A stretch of DNA of 32,000 nucleotides, from positions 3,330,001 to 3,362,000 of the forward strand of contig NZ_CP080507.1 of NCBI RefSeq assembly GCF_019464535.1. The letters run 5' to 3'. Below the pieces are notes generated by a model. It ran no database searches. It saw only the letters and a program-made list of their open reading frames with translations, and was not told the DNA's origin. A program made the position numbers and the translations under genes. Source of the stretch: Horticoccus luteus (GTDB lineage: Bacteria; Verrucomicrobiota; Verrucomicrobiia; Opitutales; Opitutaceae). How positions within the stretch are numbered: position 1 is the stretch's first letter; the number at the start of each line of letters is the position of its first letter. This document shows positions 18,135-24,409 of the stretch, piece by piece.

Positions 18135-19309
18135 GCGTCACTGCGGTGCGCTCTCGTCATCGTGCCGTCGTGATCGCCGTGCGAGCATCCGTCCATCTAC
18201 AACGCGGATTGTTAGGCCTCTCCATGTTGACCGTTTCCCTCGCAGCACAGAATCCGTCCAATCCCGCAGCCCTCGACGACGGCTGGACCATCGCAGAGCC
18301 GCAAGCGGCGGGTTTTGACGCCGCGAAGCTGCGCGGGAACTTTGCCACGATGCTGAGCGGCGAAGTGAATCTCCATGCTGTCATCGTGGAGCGGCACGGC
18401 AGGTTGGTGGCCGAGGGCTACCGCACCGGCCGCGATAAACCTCAGTTCACCTTTCTCAGTCGCATCGTCGCGTTCGGACCAGCGGTGCGTCACGACACGC
18501 GATCGGTCGGCAAAAGTGTGATCGCCCTGCTCGTGGGCATCGCTCAAGCCCAGGGTAAGCTTGGACCAGCCGGTTCGGCCGTCCTCGATTTTTATCCAGA
18601 ACTCGCGGACCTCGCTACGCCGGCCCTGCGCAAAATCACGGTGGCGGACTTGCTCACCATGGGCAGTGGCTTGGCGTGGCGCGAATCCGGCGCAGGCTTT
18701 CCCACCGACGAAGATCGACTCGCCTGGAAGAAATCTCAGATCCGTTTCGTGCTGGGTCGTCCGACCGTGGCCGAACCCAGCCGTCGCTTTAACTACAATA
18801 GCGGCGGCACTGTCGTGCTGGCGGACATCCTGGAGCGGGCGACCCACATGCCTTGGACCGAGTTCGCCCGCACAGCTCTCTTCGAGCCGTTGGGGATCAG
18901 TGATGTTGAGTGGGTCACCGATCTCCGCAGTCGCCCCATGGCCAATAGCGGTCTGCGCCTTCGCCCGAGAGACATGGCGAAGCTCGGTCGCCTCGTGCTC
19001 AACCGCGGCAAATGGAAGGAGCGGCAGGTTGTTCCTGCGGCGTGGATCGACGAAATGCTGCGACCACGCCTTGCCACGGGCGTGGAGGACACCCGCTACG
19101 GCTACCAATGGTGGACGGGCAGCGTGAACTGGCAGGGGCGCTCTCTGCCGTGGCACGCCGCCTGGGGCAACGGCAGCCAGCGCATTTTCGTGATCCCTGA
19201 CTTGGACATGACCGTGGTGTTCACCGCCGGTGCCTACGGTGACCCGCAGACCGTCCGCCAGGTGCAGAAGTATTTTCAGGCCTTGGTGGATTCAGTCGCG
19301 GCTCAATGA
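18131..19309 (+). CDS. Serine hydrolase, class C beta-lactamase/PBP4*-related family
   Basis: 392 aa with an SxxK motif (SVGKS). It also has YNSGG and WGNGSQ where the YxN and KTG/HxG-like elements sit, and a signal-like N-terminus. The start is uncertain (18131 or the ATG at 18224). Confidence 0.8.
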   Translation: MSVTAVRSRHRAVVIAVRASVHLQRGLLGLSMLTVSLAAQNPSNPAALDDGWTIAEPQAAGFDAAKLRGNFATMLSGEVNLHAVIVERHGRLVAEGYRTGRDKPQFTFLSRIVAFGPAVRHDTRSVGKSVIALLVGIAQAQGKLGPAGSAVLDFYPELADLATPALRKITVADLLTMGSGLAWRESGAGFPTDEDRLAWKKSQIRFVLGRPTVAEPSRRFNYNSGGTVVLADILERATHMPWTEFARTALFEPLGISDVEWVTDLRSRPMANSGLRLRPRDMAKLGRLVLNRGKWKERQVVPAAWIDEMLRPRLATGVEDTRYGYQWWTGSVNWQGRSLPWHAAWGNGSQRIFVIPDLDMTVVFTAGAYGDPQTVRQVQKYFQALVDSVAAQ

Positions 19310-19348
19310 GAGACGCCCCGCGCCGACTTCAGTGAGGCCGGCGTCGGG

Positions 19349-20239
19349 TCAACTTGGACCGGCAAACGGCGAAGGGATTTCAAAGAAAACGCCGCGCAGC
19401 ATAACGGTCGGCGGAATCCCAAACATCTCGATAAAGGTGCGCGTCAGATGCGCCGCGTCGGCGAAATCTGCCGCGTGCGCGGCGGCGGTCGCGGTCCCTT
19501 CGCGCCCCATGGCGACCATGGCACGCGCCAGCTTGCGCCAGAGCACGTAGCGCCGGAAGGGAAGCCCCATCTGCTGTTTGAAGAGATGCTGAAAACGACT
19601 CGGGGAGAGGAACGCCGACTTGGCCGCCGCGGCGAGCGAGAGCCGGAGATCATCGGACCGTTGAATCTGTTGCAGCACCTTGGTCACGCGGGGATCGAGC
19701 CGGCGCGCCGGCAACGCGCCCGCCGACAGCGCCTGCACACAGTGCCGGATGAGCGCGCCGATCTCCAGGCTCTCCAGCGGATGATCGCGAAAGCGGGCCA
19801 GTTCCGCCACGCATGCCGCTACACGGCCCTCTGGCATGATCGTAACATCTCTCTGGAGGGAGGCCCGTAACCAGACGCCTTCCGTCGACTCGGGATCGAT
19901 CAAGAACATCGCGGCAAGGGCGCCTTTGCCGTCGAAACAATGTTCACGATCCGGGCCCACCACGATGCCGCGGGCGGACCGCCAGACTTCATCCTCGTCC
20001 TGCACGGCAATTTCGCCTTCGAGCGCCACCACGATCTGAATCGCGTGGTGCGCGTGGCGCGGCACGACGCCCTGCGCCCGCCCCATGGCCATGAACCCGC
20101 CGTCCCACACATACCAGCACACCGTGTCCGACACCTGCACATCGGTGCGGGTGCTTTTGCCACAGGACGAAGACGCAGCCGGCATCGCTGATTCGATGTC
20201 GGGCCTAGCTGGTTTGTTCAAGGACATCAGCGGTTTCAT
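19349..20239 (-). CDS. AraC-family transcriptional regulator (N-terminal cupin-like domain plus C-terminal double HTH)
   Basis: 296 aa. The C-terminus reads ...LSLAAAAKSAFLSPSRFQHLFKQQMGLPFRRYVLWRKLARA...AAHAADFADAAHLTRTFIEMFGIPP, a classic AraC HTH pair. The start may instead be the internal ATG at about 20185. Confidence 0.85.
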   Translation of the reverse strand: MKPLMSLNKPARPDIESAMPAASSSCGKSTRTDVQVSDTVCWYVWDGGFMAMGRAQGVVPRHAHHAIQIVVALEGEIAVQDEDEVWRSARGIVVGPDREHCFDGKGALAAMFLIDPESTEGVWLRASLQRDVTIMPEGRVAACVAELARFRDHPLESLEIGALIRHCVQALSAGALPARRLDPRVTKVLQQIQRSDDLRLSLAAAAKSAFLSPSRFQHLFKQQMGLPFRRYVLWRKLARAMVAMGREGTATAAAHAADFADAAHLTRTFIEMFGIPPTVMLRGVFFEIPSPFAGPS

Positions 20240-20292
20240 TCAAGGAATTCGACAGGGCCGTTCAATCGGTCCGCGAGCAATCCCGCTATTGT
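20211..20292. promoter_or_regulatory. Copy B of the duplicated 82-bp promoter/operator module, in the AraC / DJ-1 divergent region
   Basis: See copy A. It contains TTCAAGGA-N14-TTCAAGGA (direct repeat, 22-bp pitch) and TTCAAT-N20-TATTGT. It overlaps the first 10 codons of the annotated AraC ORF. Confidence 0.6.
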
Positions 20293-20305
20293 GGGAGCGC
20301 TCAAC

Positions 20306-21631
20306 ATGAACTCCCTAAATTCCCACTCGCCATGGTCGTCGCAGCGCTCCGCCCGCGCGGTCGCGAATGAATGTCTCACGACTTATCCGCCCCAGTGGAC
20401 GCCAGCGATGCTGCGCGCCTCCGGGACGAAAGTCTTCTTCGCGCCGCGGACAACGGCTCCGATTCTTCCGTTCCTCGGCCGCGCATTCCTGCTGGGTGTT
20501 GCGCTCCTCGGTATCGCCCAAGCCGCGTTCGCCGAGCAACCGTCGCTCGATGCAGCCACGCAGCCGTCGACCGTCGACGCGCCGCTTCCGGTCTACCGTG
20601 CGCGGTTCGAGCGCACGCGCCCGGTCATCGCCATCGTCGGTGAAAACTCCGGCACGGAACTGAGCGACTTCGCGATTCCCTACGGCGTGCTCGTGCGGGC
20701 CGGCGTCGCGGAGGTGATCACGGTTGCGACCCAACCGGGCGTGCTGCACATGCGCCCGGCATTGCAGGTGCAGCCCGACGCCTCGATCGCGGAGTTCGAC
20801 GCCCGCTTCCCGCAGGGTGCGGACTACGTGATCGTGCCCGCGGTGGTGAAGTTCAACGACCCGACGCTGCTCGCCTGGGTGAAGGCCCAGGGCACGAAGG
20901 GCGGAATGGTCGTCAGCATCTGCGACGGCGCGGCCGTCGTCGCGGGCACAGGCTTGATGGACGGCCACCGCGCTACAGCGCACTGGGCGAGCGCCAAAAA
21001 CCGCCGCCGACTGTTTCCCTCAGTGAAGTGGATCGATAACATCCGTTACGTCGCCGACAGACAGATTATCTCCACCGCCGGCATCAGCGCCGCGTTGCCC
21101 ACGTCGATTGCCTTGGTCGAGGCCATCGCCGGCCGCGAACGCGCAGCGAGTCTCGCGCGTGAACTCGGGGTCTCCGACTGGGGCACGGCCCACGACACGG
21201 CGCAGTTCCGGCCCCGGCTCGGGGTCAACCTGCGAGCGCTGATCGCCGTGACCTATACGAATGGCTGGTTTCGTTCGACCGAGATGATCGGCCTGCCGAT
21301 CGCGGACGGCGTCGACGAGATCGCGCTCGCCGTCACCGCCGACGGTTATTCCCGCACCGGCCGCAGTTTGTTGCACGCGTTGTCCGCCTCATCGGCTCCC
21401 GTGCGCTCGCGCTCCGGGTTGATGATCGTGCCGGACACGCGCACGGACGGCCGCCCCATGGACCGGGAGTTGCCGCCGCTCGAAGCCTATCCCTCGGCGG
21501 AGTCGTTCGTGAAAACCATCGACGGCATCCACCGGCTTTACGGTCGCACTACAGCCTACGGCGTGGCGCTCAACTTTGAGTATCCCCTGATTCCGAAGCG
21601 CTCGCTCGCGAATGAGGCGCTAGCGCAATGA
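20306..21631 (+). CDS. Secreted DJ-1/PfpI (class I glutamine amidotransferase-like) family protein with a C-terminal extension
   Basis: The nucleophile-elbow region is GGMVVSICDGAAVVAGTGLMDGHRATAHW. The hydrophobic leader FLGRAFLLGVALLGIAQAAFA precedes it. About 170 extra C-terminal residues follow the domain. The start is uncertain: GTG 20291, ATG 20306 (GGGAG lies 8 nt upstream) or ATG 20408. Confidence 0.7.
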   Translation: MNSLNSHSPWSSQRSARAVANECLTTYPPQWTPAMLRASGTKVFFAPRTTAPILPFLGRAFLLGVALLGIAQAAFAEQPSLDAATQPSTVDAPLPVYRARFERTRPVIAIVGENSGTELSDFAIPYGVLVRAGVAEVITVATQPGVLHMRPALQVQPDASIAEFDARFPQGADYVIVPAVVKFNDPTLLAWVKAQGTKGGMVVSICDGAAVVAGTGLMDGHRATAHWASAKNRRRLFPSVKWIDNIRYVADRQIISTAGISAALPTSIALVEAIAGRERAASLARELGVSDWGTAHDTAQFRPRLGVNLRALIAVTYTNGWFRSTEMIGLPIADGVDEIALAVTADGYSRTGRSLLHALSASSAPVRSRSGLMIVPDTRTDGRPMDRELPPLEAYPSAESFVKTIDGIHRLYGRTTAYGVALNFEYPLIPKRSLANEALAQ

Positions 21632-22101
21632 AGACGGTTGCTCTCAAGTTGGCGCTCCGCATTCCGCCGCTTGTGCTCACGTTCCTCGCGGGCGTCGGGG
21701 CATGGGCCATCGCCCAAGCGTTCCCCGCGCTGCGCTTCGAATCGGCGAACCTCACCGTGGTCGCCGCCGGCCTCGGCTTGCTCGGCATCGGTTGCAGCCT
21801 GCTCGGCGTCATTTCCTTTCGCCGCGCGCACACGACCGTGAATCCCATGGACCCGTCTGCCGCTGCGGCGCTCGTGGTTTCAGGCGTCTATCGTTTCACG
21901 CGCAATCCGATGTATCTGGGTTTTCTCTGCCTGCTGCTCGGAGAAATCGCGTGGCTCGGCAGTCCTGTCGCGTTACTCGCCGCGCCCGCGTTGGTGATTT
22001 ACCTGAACCGTTTCCAAATCGCCCCGGAAGAATCCGCTCTACGCGAGCGCTTCGGAACGGAATTCGTCACTTACACCGCGCGCGTGCCGCGCTGGCTCTA
22101 A
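21628..22101 (+). CDS. ICMT/PEMT-family membrane methyltransferase
   Basis: 157 aa with multiple TM helices and the diagnostic-looking GVYRFTRNPMYLG ... E(E)xxL...FG..F..Y motifs. The start overlaps the previous stop as ATGA. Confidence 0.8.
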   Translation: MKTVALKLALRIPPLVLTFLAGVGAWAIAQAFPALRFESANLTVVAAGLGLLGIGCSLLGVISFRRAHTTVNPMDPSAAAALVVSGVYRFTRNPMYLGFLCLLLGEIAWLGSPVALLAAPALVIYLNRFQIAPEESALRERFGTEFVTYTARVPRWL

Positions 22102-22105
22102 TTCC

Positions 22106-22590
22106 ATGGCTATTTCAATTGGCATCAGCTCGGCCCTCGCGGTTGGCGTCTTCGCAAAGTGGTTTGGGTTGGATCGCGACCGCGCATTTTACCCCACGGT
22201 CATGATCGTGATCACATTCCTGCATGTGCTGTTCGCCGCCATCGGGGGCGAGGCAGCGGTTCTCGTCGCCGCCGGCATCGACCTGGGTTTCGCGACCCTC
22301 GCCGCCCTCGGCTTCAAAAACAGCTTCTGGTTCATCGTCACCGCGCTGAACGGACACGACACGCCATCGAGAACGGCGAAGTGCCGATGTGGTGGCCGGG
22401 CGTTTGCTCTGCCTACGACGTGACCGCGGGCATCTGGCTCGGGCTGCAGCTCTATCGTGCCCGGTTGCACGCCCCGAAAGGCCAACCGTGGACCCTTCAC
22501 CTTTTCGAGCGGCGCACGCGATTCTCGCCCAGTCGCTGTAAGATTTCGCGAATGACTCCGTCGACAGGGATGAAACTCAATCACCCATGA
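22106..22590 (+). pseudogene. Small membrane protein gene disrupted by a 5-bp tandem duplication (ACACG ACACG at 22354-22363)
   Basis: Frame A (22106-22423) is hydrophobic and codon-biased up to ...TALNGH. After that, GC3 bias and protein-like sequence (AIENGEVPMWWPGVCSAYDVTAGIWLGLQLY) continue in the frame of ORF 22159-22590. Deleting one ACACG copy joins the two into a single 159-codon ORF (480 nt). Confidence 0.65.
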
Positions 22591-22757
22591 AAACAAATCC
22601 TACCAAATCCACCGTCTCGTCCAATGATTCCTGCAACTGCCAGAACTGCAGCTGCAATTGCACCCCGATCTGCACCTGCGCCACTACCTGCACCTGCGGC
22701 ATGGCCGGTTGCGACTGCCGCGAACCACACGCGCCCTTGAAATCCCGGAAGTCCTGA
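22587..22757 (+). CDS. 56-aa cysteine-rich (CxC-repeat) small protein, metallothionein-like; not in the ORF track
   Basis: The product is MKTNPTKSTVSSNDSCNCQNCSCNCTPICTCATTCTCGMAGCDCREPHAPLKSRKS. It has 11 Cys within residues 16-44, all encoded by TGC, and strong C-ending codon bias. The ATG overlaps the upstream frame's TGA as ATGA, and a strong terminator lies 26 nt downstream. Confidence 0.6.
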   Translation: MKTNPTKSTVSSNDSCNCQNCSCNCTPICTCATTCTCGMAGCDCREPHAPLKSRKS

Positions 22758-22782
22758 ACGATCGAAAGCAAATGCAACCCAA

Positions 22783-22815
22783 CTGAGGCGGTCTTTAAGC
22801 CGCCTCAGTTTCTTC
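22783..22815 (+). terminator. Rho-independent terminator after the Cys-rich ORF
   Basis: CTGAGGCGG-tctttaag-CCGCCTCAG, a 9-bp perfect stem, followed by TTTCTTCGTT. Confidence 0.75.
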
Positions 22816-22834
22816 GTTACCTTCAGTCCTTACC

Positions 22835-23386
22835 ATGGTCGCCGATAAATCGAGTTCACCCTCCGCCAACGAAGTGATCGCCCAACTCGTGGCGCATCGC
22901 CGGGCGTTCAAAGCATTCCTTGCATCCCGCGTCGGCAACGAAGCCGATGCCGAGGATTTGCTGCAGAATGGCCTGGTGAAGGCGTTGAGCCGTGCGGACG
23001 AAATAAAAGACGGCGAGAAAGCGGTGGCGTGGTTCTATCAACTTTTGCGCAACGCGATCATCGATCACGTGCGCAGCCGCCACGCTGCCGCCACACGCGA
23101 CGACCGTTGGGCGGCGGAGACGGCCATCTTGGCCGACGACGTCGAGGTCGACCGCCAGATTTGCGCCTGCGTCGAACGGCTGTTGCCGGCACTCAAGCCG
23201 ATTCACGCCGACCTCATTCGTCGCGTGGAACTGCAAGGAGAGTCGGTGGCTCAGGCCGCAGGCGCTCTCGGGATGACGCCGAACAACGCGAGCGTCACGT
23301 TGCATCGCGCCCGGGAAGAGTTGCGCAGAAAATTCGTGCGTTTCTGTGGCGACTGCCGGTGCCTGAATGTTTGCGACTGCGCCTGA
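22835..23386 (+). CDS. ECF (group IV) sigma-70 factor with a CxC linker motif and a Cys-rich C-terminal tail (CorE-like)
   Basis: 183 aa. The sigma-2 region is DAEDLLQNGLVKAL...AWFYQLLRNAIIDHVR. The sigma-4 region is LIRRVELQGESVAQAAGALGMTPNNASVTLHRAREELRRKF. Cys110-x-Cys112 lies between the two domains, and the terminal sequence is FCGDCRCLNVCDCA (5 Cys in the last 13 residues). No anti-sigma gene is adjacent. Confidence 0.85.
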   Translation: MVADKSSSPSANEVIAQLVAHRRAFKAFLASRVGNEADAEDLLQNGLVKALSRADEIKDGEKAVAWFYQLLRNAIIDHVRSRHAAATRDDRWAAETAILADDVEVDRQICACVERLLPALKPIHADLIRRVELQGESVAQAAGALGMTPNNASVTLHRAREELRRKFVRFCGDCRCLNVCDCA

Positions 23387-23389
23387 TAA

Positions 23390-23993
23390 GCCGAGCACGC
23401 CAAAGACGTCGTTTCTGGAGGACAGGTCCGCCGCACACCTGCCTGTGCTCGGCTCTACGCCGAGGCGTTGGCGGCACGGGGCGCACGCATGATCGGGGTG
23501 GACCCGACCCGGCCGTTGATTGCGGCGGCGCGGGCACCCAAACCTGAAGGCGTGTTTCATGACGGCGGCGGCGAAGCGATGCGCATGCCTGACGCCAGCA
23601 TTGATCTGTTGGTGTGCTATGTGGCGTTGCTGGACATTCCTGATTTTCGTGCGGCGCTCAGGGAAATGACGCGTGTGTTACGGCCCGGCGGGAGGTCCCC
23701 GGAGTCGAATCTCAATGGCTTCACCACGGCCTCGAAACTGCTGTGGCGCGCGATGCCGAGGGCAACAAGCTGCATTGGACCATGGGCAACTCCATGGTCG
23801 AACGCGCCGAACACGCGGAATGGGCAGGCATCCCGCTCACCACCTCGCACCGGCCGTTGTCGTCCTACATGCGGCGTTCCTCGGCGCGGGATTGGTGCTG
23901 GAGCAATTTGAAGAACCCATACCCAGCGCGGAGACCATGGCCGCTCTGCCGGTCATGCTGATTACCCGCGCATGCCCAATTTCTGCGCGATGA
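23390..23993 (+). pseudogene. Class I SAM-dependent methyltransferase remnant (5'-truncated, at least two frameshifts)
   Basis: Recognisable pieces lie in three frames. The first is ...ARGARMIGVDPTRPLIAAAR...DASIDLLVCYVALLDIPDFRAALREMTRVLRPGG...NLNGFTTAS. The second is ARDAEGNKLHW...AEWAGIPLTTSHRPLSSYM (after a shift near 23745). The third is AAFLGAGLVLEQFEEPIP (after a shift near 23868). There is no start codon or intact GxGxG motif upstream. Confidence 0.6.
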
Positions 23994-24409
23994 CGTGGCG
24001 GAAGACCGAGACGACCGAGCCCGCCTGAGGCAGACCAAATCCGTCGTCGACAAACGCGTCTTCCGGAGTGGCCGGTTGGTAATCTGAAGCGTTCACGCGG
24101 TGCCTCTCGGCGCGCCGCTGTGCGCAGTCACCATGAAACGCGGCCGCCTCCCCTTGCTCAAGTCTCCCGCGGCTACACGCCCCGGCCTCCTTTGCTCCAG
24201 ACTGACCGTCCTATGAAAAATCTTCACCGCGCCGCCGAGGTATGCGGAGAACAAAAGCGTTACCATGCGCGACGGTCGCTCGCACGAGACCCTCGATGTG
24301 AGGCGTTGCTGCATCGGCCAGCCAACACGACTCCGCTTCCTTTAAGTCCGATTGGGGCAGTTTGTTGATACGAGTTTCAAATTCGGCCCTACAATTGTCT
24401 GGGTCCCGC

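Noticed and set aside
18212-20983. Minus-strand ORFs 18212-19156 and 20315-20983
   Set aside because: They are antisense to the serine hydrolase and DJ-1 genes. Their Arg/Gly/His-rich composition is typical of GC-rich shadow frames.
22587-22757. Cys/Thr/Ser-rich peptide as a RiPP (lanthipeptide or thiopeptide-like) precursor
   Set aside because: No dehydratase, cyclase, YcaO, radical-SAM enzyme, peptidase or transporter is present in the neighbourhood. The regular CxC spacing and the adjacent Cys-tailed sigma factor fit metal binding better. I keep this only as an alternative hypothesis.
22577-22777. 66-aa minus-strand ORF opposite the Cys-rich ORF
   Set aside because: It starts with TTG and has a Gln/Val-rich repetitive product that mirrors the TGC/ACC codons of the plus strand. 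The terminator polarity and the ATGA coupling favour the plus-strand CxC ORF.
24000-24409. Small ORFs downstream of the giant gene (24093-24314 minus, 24120-24368 plus)
   Set aside because: They overlap each other on opposite strands, are Arg/Pro-rich, and have no RBS or recognisable motif. I treat the stretch as an intergenic 3' flank.
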